Below, piece after piece: positions 1 to 11,208 of a DNA stretch of 64,000 nt; the stretch's first letter is position 1, and every line of letters starts with the position of its first letter. Below the pieces are notes generated by a model. The model worked only from the letters and a program-made list of their open reading frames with translations. It had not been told where the DNA came from and searched no databases. The stretch is from Amphiscolops sp. MND2022 (taxonomy: Eukaryota): the NCBI GenBank assembly GCA_964187785.1, contig OZ076412.1:37510001-37574000 (forward strand). Reading direction: 5' to 3'. The translations under genes were made by a program, and so were the position numbers.

Positions 1-100
1 ACTTGGGTTCAGTTCGAAATGTAGTGGAGGTAGAAACAGGCTGTTAAATGGCAATAAGACGGCGAAAATGACAAGAAGATGCAACTGTTTCACATGTATG

Positions 101-104
<4 letters not shown>

Positions 105-134
<30 letters not shown>
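105..134. repeat. (AG)15 microsatellite
   Basis: Perfect AG dinucleotide run read directly. Confidence 0.95.
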
Positions 135-139
<5 letters not shown>

Positions 140-1940
140 AGTGAATTGGGAGGGCAAAGAACAGGAAAAAGAAAGGATGGAAGACAGAAGACATAAGCAG
201 CCAGTAGAAAAAGCTCATAAAGAGTAGCTCTAAAAGACAAAATTTGACGAAACTCAGCAGATAAGGTTGCTGTTAACTATAACAATACGCGTCACAGACG
301 TGCTTGTTCTTCATCATCATATGGGAACATGACGGCTTCACAGCGGCGGTAGCAGTGGGCTAGGCTGCATTTTACAGTGGTTGGCTGGTTCGTTACCCGG
401 CTGGAGATACGGCTAAGAGGCAGTAATAAGCAAAAAGGGGTGAAGCGTGCAAGCAGACAGGCCTACGTGAAAAAGTATTGGGAATGCATTCAATTCAGCA
501 ACAGCCCAGGTAGGCAGGAACACAAGACAGGACAATCAAGACGGTCGATGACAGCACGGATGGTAGTCGTAGTTGTTCCTCAATACGATGGTCATTATCT
601 ACAGTACCCGTCGCGGATGAAGAGATGAAAACTGAGGAAACTGGGGAAAAATTGAAGTTGTTGAGTTGTCATTAGAATTCCTGTCGATTGTCACATGCCG
701 GGATGTTACGTCCTTCCAAAACTGAATTTGGATAACTCATTTTAATACCAAGATTGCTTGCCCAGGGTTAACTCATGTACCATCATGTTAACCTTTCAAC
801 AGGGATGAAATATTTCATCAGCCGGTCGGGTACTCAAAAGACGGATTCCTATTATGTGGTATATGCTCGAAAACTACACGTTGATCTATTCTGCGATCTG
901 TATAATTCAAAATCGGATCAAGTGAATAAATCAAGCTAATACTGATGACACCCACAGAATTTAAAACATGACACTTGTATGCCGATTATAGTACCACATA
1001 AAATGAACTACTGACATTATCGAACATTTTTGTTTTTAGGTCAGGGGCAATCATTTTTATGCGCAAGGGTGTTTCTTGGTAGCCTTATGTTGCCAAATAA
1101 TCAATAACGAATTTGAATGCGAATTAATGTATCCATCCAAGAGATAGCAACCTTCTGTAACGACAAGCGATTTTCCAGCTTCTGGAAAATTCTAATTTTC
1201 GACCAACATTTTTTTGGCAGAACAGACCCATTGAACACACCGTGATCATGCAGCATAAAAACACATGTAAAGACAAAAAAGTCCATAAATGGCTGATTAT
1301 GGAATTTTTCATTTCCCAATGTCAAATTACCAAATTTCTATGGTATGGTACAAAAAAGTACTTTTTTTCGAATTTTTTTTTGACAAACAGCTTTATCGCT
1401 CAGAGTCCTAACGTTCCCAATTATATGGAACTGAGTTCTTTCTGGAGAAGTATTCATCTTCATTCATCTTTATTCTCCGGGAATTTCTTAGTTGTTTTCT
1501 TGAGACCCAAGTACCAAGCACACATCTTTTCATACACGTCTTTGTAGCTGCTTAAACGTCCGATTTGACGGCTTATCGCGCATAGCAGTTACAAACCAGA
1601 ATGTGTAATCGAGAAAAAACACAAAAGACTATTTTTCGGCCAACATGCCTTGAGTGATCAGAGACTCTTAGTAATGGACTGTACTAACCGCTTAGCTTTT
1701 CTATACTACTCCTGTCTATTAGCGTTCTGTGCTAGGTTCATTTTACAAAGAGAGTTCTTGACTTGGTTTTTGAAAGCTAACCGAGATTTTGAAGAAACTT
1801 TCTTTAGAGGATTGTAAAGAAATACTTGGAACATTTTACGAACAATCTAAACGCGGTCTACTAAACCAGCGAGTTGCAAGGATTTATCCCAGACTATGGA
1901 AAATTGGGGGAAAAAACTTGACTACAAAATTTTTCAAGTT

Positions 1941-2233
1941 TCACCCGTATTGACAATCCATGGTCTTAGATGTCTCAAAATTGTGGGAATGTCTCTCAAA
2001 CGATTCTTAGAATTTGTGTCTCGTGTTTTTTTTCCAATTCTGCCATGCTTCATTTAGATTAGGATAATGAATGTTCTTTCACTCACTACCGGTCTCGTTC
2101 TGGTTAGAATTCAAAGTTCGAATGCTCAAGATCCGGTTTTAACTCCTGAATCGTGAATTTTCCTCTTTAAACTTCATATGACTCAAGGTGGAAGCAACCA
2201 GTCATGGCACTTCTGTATTGTCAATACGGGTGA
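1941..2233. mobile_element. Putative MITE with 17-bp terminal inverted repeats
   Basis: TCACCCGTATTGACAAT (1941-1957) is the exact reverse complement of 2217-2233; interior non-coding; no TSD recognised. Confidence 0.55.
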
Positions 2234-3264
2234 CATTCAAACGCTTTGGTCGATCTGCACCGTATAAAGCGTTTGACGAATAACAATTTGTATGGCAAAA
2301 CCCAAGTTTTCAAAACTTCGGGTGGGAAGCATTGCATTTCGAAAATTGAAAAAAGTTAGCCATCACGCGCTGGCACTCCGCCGCAAATCACCAGTGGAGC
2401 AGCAGTGACTACCGGTGGAGACACGTTTTGACCATCACTAACTTTTTCACCGATGTATTTTTTTCAAAACAGTAACATTCAATTCTGGAAATTTCTTAAA
2501 AAGTTAAATTTTGAATGTCATTTTATAAATTTAATCCGGTGGATTGTTAAATTGCCGGTGTAGCATTAAGTACGACTTCGGCACCGCGTGTCCCGAAGCT
2601 GCGATGTGCAGTAGTGATTCTAGAAAAAGCATCATTAAGGCACTCTCAAATCTCGAAATATCTCGTGAAGTGGTAAAAGTAAAACGTTTTTTTTCGTCTT
2701 ATCTAGTTTACAAATGTTTTTCATGCAAAAATTATGCGATAATAATTGTAAAAGTAACTGAAGTTTTTCTCACTTTTGCTCAACTTTGGCTAAAAATCTT
2801 TGAGAACTTTTGAGAAATTCTATGATCATTCGACTCTGCTGATTTTACAGAAACCCTTAATATGTTTTGATCATTTCAAAATCTTCGAAAAAATATAAAA
2901 TTGGGTTTTCCGAAAAAACAAGCATCATTTTACTATTGAGAAATCCAACAACTTGAAACAAGCTTATCTTGATACAATGTACAATATTTCCTTGAAAAAT
3001 CATATTGTCACGTTCGAAATGTTTGTGAGAAATTTCATGTCAAACAATCAATGTGAGAAATCAAGAATGCGTAAGTGGGTTTCAAAAAAAATTAAATTTT
3101 GAAAAAAACTAAAAAGTGAAATGAGCGCATCAGTCCTTAATCAGTCAATGAAAATTTATTTATTTACCCTCTTTCGCGTGCTATGTTACTTTTAATATTA
3201 TCAGTACTTCAGTCAATGTTACACAGCAAAAAGAGCTCAGGCAAAGTAAATAAAATATAATGAC

Positions 3265-3676
3265 GGGAACGGCTCACTATGCAGAAAGTTCACTAAGCCG
3301 ACCAAATAAATTCATTCTCAGCGCGTGATTAAATTCATTCTGAACGCGCGATTAAATTCATTCTAAAATTCGATTGGACAAATACACAGTCCAAATAATA
3401 GTACATGTAAACAAAATAGCGTCAATCGAACATTACGATCACGTAGTCAGCTATGGTCACATACCTCTAGTGCCCTAAAGGCAGGAGCGAAGCGAAGCGG
3501 AGTGACGTGCCGTGTGGCCATGACTCAATGTTGCTACTTGGCGAAGGAAGCGAAGCGACCGAGTCATACAACAGATATGCTAACCTCTTTAAAGAAACAA
3601 ATTTATTTGATGATTTTACTTGGTCGGCTAAGTGAACCCTCGGCTTAATGAACCGTCGGCTTAGTGAAACGTCCCC
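3265..3676. mobile_element. Foldback/MITE with TTCACTAAGCCGA subterminal units
   Basis: Termini GGGAACGGCTCACTATGC vs revcomp GGGGACGTTTCACTAAGC (14/18); inner IR 3287-3310 vs 3615-3638 (21/24); three 23-bp tandem units at 3308-3375; ATGA on both flanks. Confidence 0.6.
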
Positions 3677-3837
3677 ATGAGAACAAAAATTAATTGTAAT
3701 GTTTTTACAAAGTAGACACAGAGGCGAAGCGGTGCTTCGCAACACATGACGAAGACAACGATTATTTTAATATGCGTATATATATATTATTTTAATCGCA
3801 TGCGTATATATTCAACAGTTCAACTTTATTCAATAAC

Positions 3838-3912
3838 GTCCTTATGGCACAGTGGTTAACACTTATGCCGCGCAATCGGGAGGCTGCAGGTTCGAATCTC
3901 TCTGGGGTTTTG
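3838..3912 (+). mobile_element. tRNA-derived SINE head / pseudo-tRNA
   Basis: A-box TGGCACAGTGG (3845-3855) and B-box GGTTCGAATC (3889-3898) with tRNA-like 33-nt spacing; T-stem and acceptor stem do not pair, so not a functional tRNA. Confidence 0.7.
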
Positions 3913-4085
3913 GCTTTTCTCTAAAAGGCGCTTATTATGAAGTTGGCTATTGTGGAAAAAAAACTTTCCTAGCTGGACTGCAATGCACATTGACTTCGTC
4001 ATGTGCAAAAACAAACATGCTAAGTGAAACAGCAGTAACAACCTCAAAAGCTGCAGATGCCATTATGGGATACTTATTAACAAGC

Positions 4086-5142
4086 GGGACCGGCCCAAGT
4101 CGGCGCCCACTCGCTTCCTCAATATGCAAAGGACACTATTTTTAAACATTTACCGATTTCTCAGTGACGAAAAGTACCCCAAGGTGAACCAAAAAATTCG
4201 GAAACACTTTTCCCCATCTGGAAATACAAAAAATCCATTGTTGCAAATTATTTTTCTGTCATTTTTTCAGAACTGTCTCACAGTGCCGAAAAAGGTTTCG
4301 GCTGGCAAAACTACTCTTTTTTCAAGCCGAAATCAGCTATGAGAGCGAGGTGGTACCCTTGACTAAGTGAAAGTTTCAGAAAAAAAGAGGCACAGAGCCG
4401 GAAAAAGTAGAAAAAAGGTATTTTCCACAATCCGTAGGAAAACTCATCAGTTCCACGGCATCAAATAGTAGCAAAGAGGTCTTCCTCAAGACTCGGCAAA
4501 CATGTTTTCTTTACAGAAACATATAAAAACGAAAAATTGCGGAAACATTTCTCGAACTTTTTTTTGGTAAGTCGCACTGACGAAAAAACTACAAGTGTCC
4601 AGCTATGCTCCCAAAACGCTGTTGTTCCTGCTGAAATTTTAGTTAGGTAGTTTTTGTTTGGAAAAAATTCAAAAGGTGGGACCCTTTGATCTCTTTCTTA
4701 CTTTTGCAAACATAAAACATTTTTTGGTTCAGAGCGAGACTCGAACCCACGTACCCTTGATTTAGACCGCGGGAAATCCGTGTTAACCACTGGGCCAAGT
4801 GACTGACTGACTTTTGTAACTTCGAAAAATTTCTAGAGAAACGTTATTTTTGGTATACGTTATTTCATGTATTCATTTCCAATTTGTTAAATCCGGAGTT
4901 ATTGTTGCTCCATACCACTTTTTACAGTTCAAATGTAGTTTGTGGATGGTCAAAAGTAAGTTTGCCAAAATTTAACTGGAATTTGTAAATTTGGACTTTT
5001 GGTAAACTATTTAATAACTTTAATTTACAGTTATTAACAACTTTAATAACTGTAATAATTTGGACAGCTAATGTGTATCGAAAAAACTGACGAAAAGTCA
5101 TGACTATAATCGCTCTTTTTTCAAGAAATGCGCCGACTAAAA
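4086..5142 (-). mobile_element. Non-autonomous element, AGTCGGCGC-subTIR family (Helentron/DINE-like ends), copy 1
   Basis: AGTCGGCGC at 4098-4106 and its reverse complement GCGCCGACT at 5130-5138 followed by AAAA; internal GGGACCCTT/CTCACAGTGCCGAAAAA modules shared with other copies. Confidence 0.6.
4735..4808 (-). mobile_element. tRNA-derived Pol III head inside copy 1
   Basis: Minus-strand A-box TGGCCCAGTGG (4797-4787) and B-box GGTTCGAGTC (4747-4738); shares TGGCMCAGTGGTTAACAC with the 3838 head. Confidence 0.7.
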
Positions 5143-6230
5143 TGGGTGAGTTTCGTGAAGGTTTTTCCATTACATTGAAAAATTATGACGTTTAACTATC
5201 CAAACAATGTTAAGGTGATTCCTGGAACTTTAGGACACTAAGGATTGGTTTACATTCGCTGGCTTAGTTTGCTAAGATTCGAGACAAAAACTTTTAGCTC
5301 TAAGTTACTGATAATTTGATATTCGAGAGATTTATTTGAGTAGTTCGTTCTCAATTTCATTGTTGGAACATACTTCAGCCGTTCTTCTCACTTTTTAAAA
5401 TTGAAAATCGTTGTTTTTATTTCGAGCGTATCTAAAGTTGAGCTTCAAAGGGCCGTTAAATCATTATAGCATTTTTCTGAACATGGAAAATTGAACTGCA
5501 TAAAAAAGAACTTGAATCTCTGAAACAATTGCTAGTTTCTCGACACAAAAAGTATGAATGTCTTCGATGTAAAGAATACGCTTTTCAATGACACCGTCAA
5601 AATTCAAAAAATTCAAAACAAATAAAATTGACAATTTGTCATATCTAATTTCTTAATTTATTTATTCGAAGTTTCCCCATAGAAAAAATTACAGATAATT
5701 AGGTTAAGTATGGCAAATAAAACCACCAAAAGCATTAGTTTTTAAAAAAATACAAAATGTACAAAAAGTTGAGTCAAACTGTACGAGGATGATCACAACT
5801 GGGCTAGGAAGAAAATGATGAATAATCAATTATTCGATTATTTTAAAAAGCGTACTAAAAACCAGCGCTTACATAGCACATTACGTAATCGTTAAGGCAG
5901 GAAAACAACAGAAGGATAAGTGGCCTTTCGAAAGACCACCAGTTTAAGTGCTAAGCTTCATCCGCGTTTCTATTTATTTCTTTGAAACAACTAAACAAAA
6001 AAGAGAACGTAGAAAAATTGGTCTTTCATCAGGCGTTCTCTAGTGCTTCACATACAGACGTAATATATGGACACAACGAATGTAGCAAATAAAATTCTGG
6101 TCAATTCTCAAATTTGATAGTTTCAATAATAAAACTGCGCCGAATTGTGCTGAAAGACAGTGAGAACACTCTGACCATTATTTGACGAAAAAAATCAGCA
6201 AAATAAGCTTGCTTCTTTAAAGCTTGCTTT

Positions 6231-6510
6231 TTGGTAACCTACAAAAACATGTGAAAAGTTCAAGCAGTTCCAACCAGGGTATTCTTTGCGTTGAATGGAC
6301 GTTTTGCTTAAGCTTCGGCATGTATATGTTTAGTTACACTTTAAAACAAACCCCAGTTAAACTTGACCCCCCTAGACAAGATTGCTTGAACTTTTTACAT
6401 ACTGCATGGAAACATGCAGGATAATTTTTTACAAAACATGGAAAATTCCGGGAGCCTGCATGGAAACATTTTGTAGGATTACAATGCAGCTTCCACTATT
6501 TCAATTGATT
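6231..6510. mobile_element. Two terminal fragments of the CCC...GGG MITE family
   Basis: 6231-6279 matches the family end ...AAGTTCAAGCAGTTCCAACCAGGG; 6370-6510 matches the other end CCCTAGACAAGATTGCTTGAACTTTTTACAT... as in 47743-48291 and 50474-51003. Confidence 0.7.
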
Positions 6511-8876
6511 ATAAAAAGTTTTTTCTTCTTAAAAAACGCCGAATTCATCGGATATTCATCATGAAAAAACCAATCAAGTGCTGAAGAAGCTGGATGAGGA
6601 AATCGAAAAAGTTTTCGGGACAGTGTTCAATTTAACGGGTACACTTTGTTGCTAATTCCTCCCCACACGAAAGCACATTTTTTCTTGAATAAAAATATTT
6701 CAGTAATTAGGGTAAACTTTTTAAATGTAAATACTTAGAGGATTGTCTCTACAATTGTTTTGACACTTCAGGTTTAAAAAATTACCATAATTTTTTTTTA
6801 TTTTATTGTGCAAAATAGTAGAAATTCACGCCAGAAACAAGCTAAAATCATATAAAAAGGCGTTTCTTTCAACGCAAATTTTCTCCGCTATAGAATCTAA
6901 TGAGCAATTTTTACCTGGCAGTCAAAATAAAAGATAGGATTAAGTCGATTTAGTCTCGTCCGGTTTTGTAGGTTACGTTAAAAAGTAAAAAATGAAATAG
7001 GGGACTCTTTGCACTAAGTTTCCGCTGGCAGGACTTGGCCTCATCAGTTTTAGTAGTTTCTGTAAAAAGTGGACCGATCAGTGTGAGGTTTGTGGTCTGA
7101 AGAAAAAACAAGTCACTGTAAGAGTCGGGCATTTTTCCTTGAAAGGAAAATGCACCGACTAAAAACACTGTAAATTAATGTGAATGTTGAATAACAATGT
7201 CGAATAACAGACTGACGATAGTTTGCAGAACGTGAATGTTCTCTGATGAACTTCATCAATTCGCCTTGTTTTGAATTTCAGTTTTGAAAACTTTCGAGTG
7301 ATATGCAAAGCTTTGTTCTCCCCTAATACATAGATTCATGTTATAAGTGCCATGCGTTTTCTACTTGAAATTACTCTACGTTTTTTTTGAATTTTTATGG
7401 AAGACTGAATGGGTGCGTTTCACAACTCTGAAATTTGATACCGAGCATGGAAAACAATTTTAAAACTTTGTCATTTGTCCGCACTTGCTCGAGCCACCGA
7501 CAAACTTCCATGGATGAATAACATGAATGAATCAAATCACGTTGCGCGAGGAGCTATGTGGAAGAATAAAAGACTGGGAATATTTTTGAAAGAACTGATT
7601 TAATGGCTCTGATTTGACCGCTAGCTAAATGCAAAACAAGACAAGTATCGTTACAAGTTATTCAATTGAGCTTAAGCCACTTAGTTGGTTGTGAGAAAGA
7701 ACGCTGCCCTTGGGCTATAGCTGCAGATGAGGCTTAGAGACAGCATGTAGAATTTATATAATCGCCAGGATTTTGATTGATGCTCAGATATTCAGATATC
7801 TGGGGACTATTTCAAATTAGGGATTGAACTGCCCGGTTGTTTGATAGACAAGGAGCCAATCAGTTGCCTTATCTAACTTTAGAGATTAGGGGGAATAGAG
7901 AGGCGAACGTTGAATGATCGAAGCTTTCATCGATCAAAGATTAAAACGTGTTCTTATTATTGGGAAAAATGAAGAGTTCAGATATGAAAACAAAATTATA
8001 CATATTTGAGGAGTTGCCGCCTGGCTGATCAAAAACAACACAATGGGTTATTGATTCTAGAAGCTTTCAAATTTAAAAAGTATATTCAACATTTTTCGCA
8101 TAGAAAAGTACAGAGAAAATGAAATGTAGTTTCAGTTCGAATAAGTCCGAAACGGGAAACTAATTCTAAAAGTGAACACTATGGAAATGTACCAAGCTCA
8201 CAAAACAGGAACGATCGAAGTTGACAATCAATCGAAGATATACCAGTAAAATAATTCTAACGGTTAATACCATTTACACGATTCACTTCACGTTTTTTGA
8301 AACACTCTGATATTAATGATCAGAAAACAGATGAACTCTAAAATTTTCCTGATCTAAATAGATGTAATAAAATGATCTTGGAAGCTATAATAAACTACTA
8401 CACAAACTTCATCAATTCAGTCATTTTTTCAATAGTAAATGAAAAGTTCAATTTAAACAGGGTGCTCAAGGTTAAAAAAACAAAATGATTGAAACAGTCA
8501 AAGGACAACTATCTTAAACTTTCAACTATCATACAGTGCCAAAAATATCCGGAAGGGTACCCACGACTTGCGACTCGAAAACAACTTTTTTTCTGAACTG
8601 GAAACATCAGAACACCCAAAATTGTGAGAAAACGTTAATCTTTCAAAAAGTTTTTCCTTCGGAACAAAAATCACATAAGGCCGAAAATCTCAAAAGGGCA
8701 CTCTTTAGGCTCGTAAAACGTTTTTTTCCGAATCCAAAATTTTGAAAAAACTACTGACATAAGCTTTGGAATTATCTTTTTATAACCATTGAGCTTGAAA
8801 CTGGAATCGAAATACCAGGAAAATTTTTTCTGTTAGGAAATTTTGTATTCGCAATCGTTTCCTGCTCTCGTTTTGT

Positions 8877-10272
8877 CCCTAGTTGAAAAAATTCACATTT
8901 TTTGCAAAATTCTTACAAAAATTCTTGTAAGAAAATGCATTATTTGACACTAACTCTTACAAGATTCTTGCAAAATTTGCGATTTTCAGCTAAAAATGGT
9001 ACAAAAAATGCATAAATCTTACAAAACTCTTACAAAATTTGCATCGTTCCACTAAAGGAAATTCTGAAAAAAGTCGTTCCTAATCAGAAAAATTAATGCG
9101 AGCGATGAATGATACCATTTCCAAATTCTCAGCCTTAGCCTTTCGCAACAAAAGGATCCTATATATCTCTCAAAAAAGTGATTTTAGACGTTATTCCAGT
9201 GAAATACAGTGTTTTTGGATCTTATTCCACCAAAATACGGTGATTTTAGACGTTATTACACAAAAATACAGTGATTTTAGATCTTATTCTACCAAAATAC
9301 AGTAATTTTAGACGTTATTCCTGAAAAATAGTGATTTTAGACGTTTTTTTTTCACCGGAATACGGTTCTTCTAAACATTTCCACCTAAAAATCACAATAC
9401 TCCAAATTTGGACCGTTTTCATCTAAAATTTAAGACAATATTCCAAAATTGGACCATTTTCATCTAAAATTTATGACAATCCAACCCAAAATCTATACCC
9501 AAAATTCTACCTCCAAGCGGATTCGGGAAACGCGGCGCCGAAAAGCGTCCTTGATGCTACCCGGGTCATTAAGGTAGACGTTATTCCCAGAAAAAGCGAT
9601 TTTAGACGTTATTCCTGGAAATACTGATTTTAGACAATATTTTACCGGAATACGGTTCTTTTAAACGTTATTCCAGTAAAATACAGTGTTTTTGGATCTT
9701 ATTCTACCAAAATACAGTAATTTCAGACGTTATTACACAAAAATACAATGATTTTAGATCTTACTCTACCAAAATACAGTGATTTTAGACGTTATTCCTG
9801 AAAAATAGTGATTTTAGACGTTATTTTACCAAAATACGGTTCTTTTAAACGTTATTCCAGAAACATACAGTGTTTTTAGATCTTATTCCACAAAAATACA
9901 ATGATTTTAGATCTTATTCTACCAAAATAGTGATTTTAGACGTTATTCCACAAAAATACAACTTCGTAACCCAACAAATACTTCGTAACCCTGTTAAAGA
10001 TGCAGACTTTTAATCCAGATGTTATTCAAAAAAGAAAATCTTGAACGAATTTTTGGTCGAAATAACACATCGCAATTTTTGTAAGAATTTTTTACAAATA
10101 GATACAAATTTTGCAAAAATGTTATCAGACTCTTGTAAGAAATGTTCAACGCTGTAACAAACTTGCAAAATTTGCGATTTTCGTACAAACTCGTAAGATT
10201 CTTGTAAGAAATGCATAATTGGTAAGAATTTAGGACGAATTTTGCAAGATTTGTGATTCTGAAAAACTAGGG
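8877..10272. mobile_element. CCCTAGT...ACTAGGG element(s) with TTCTTRCAA subterminal repeats, enclosing a minisatellite
   Basis: CCCTAGTT at 8877 and AACTAGGG ending 10272; both arms rich in short TTCTTACAA/TTCTTGTAAG repeats. No TSD match, so it may be more than one element. Confidence 0.5.
9178..9962. repeat. 31-bp minisatellite with 184-bp (six-monomer) higher-order repeat, in two blocks
   Basis: Monomer consensus GATTTTAGACGTTATTCCACCAAAATACAGT; blocks 9180-9370 and ~9577-9962; diagnostic variant TACGGTTCTT recurs at 9361, 9651 and 9835. Confidence 0.9.
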
Positions 10273-11208
10273 GTTGTATGATCTAAAAGATCAGAAGCAA
10301 AACAATTTTTGTATCAAGGTTAGACCGGATTAGAAGACAGGATCGATACGCAAACTACAAAAACTGTTAATCAACCGCATCAAAGTGTCGATAGGCCAGA
10401 AGAAAGAAAAACAGAGATCCTTGCCCAGATTTTACTCCGTAGAGGTCATATAAACGGTTTTTCATTTCAGATGCAGTCCACTTTCCACATAATATTTCTC
10501 AAAGCAAGCAGTATTTGCAAGCGAATTGCCACGCGGTTGTCTACTTGGAGCTGTGACTTGGACGTGACTTGCTCAAATTTGACAAGTTCTGATTGCTTGT
10601 CGTCGTTGTTGCCCTTTTCCAATGTTTTTTATCCTACGAATGCAGTCAATTGTTGTTTTTCAATTTGGTGGCACTTAAAAATTTAGTTTTCTCATTTTGA
10701 AAAGTCTCCTAAAATTTATTGTTTTGGGTTTTGATTGGCTCAGATTCAAAGGCTCTGATTGTTCCACCATAAAATTTCAAAAAAGAACGAAATTTGCCTT
10801 AAACAGTTGAAATCGAAAGAAGTTTTCTGAAAGAAAGTAGGGACTTTTTGTTAACCAAAAACTCCTTTTCTCGTCTAAAAACGTACTGGATAGTTAATTT
10901 ATTTCTTGTTTAAATCTCTGGATCTTCTAATATAAAGACATATTTAGAAATGGTTTCAAAAATTGCTTCCTTTCAGGTCAAAAGCTGGACTCTCTCGCTT
11001 TTTTACGGTCATTTTGAGACACTTTTATAATTAATTTTTAGGTTTCTCGTAAAAGCCTATGGTATAGCTTGTAAGTTTGTCGTTGAGATCTATCTTAACT
11101 TTCGAAACGATCAAATTCTCACAGAAACTGATACTCATCTTAAAAAGGTTCTTCGTAGAATTAAACTGACAAAGTGTGTTCACGTGCGCTTTCTATTTGT
11201 AGAGACTT

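Noticed and set aside
377-628. 83-aa ORF near the window start
   Set aside because: No motif, all frames nearby are broken, and it is adjacent to a microsatellite; most short ORFs in the track look similarly spurious or lie in repeats.
3838-3912. Functional tRNA gene
   Set aside because: Boxes A and B are intact but the T-stem and acceptor stem do not pair.
9178-9962. CRISPR-like array of ~31-bp repeats
   Set aside because: Monomers abut with no unique spacers and no cas genes are present; it is a minisatellite.
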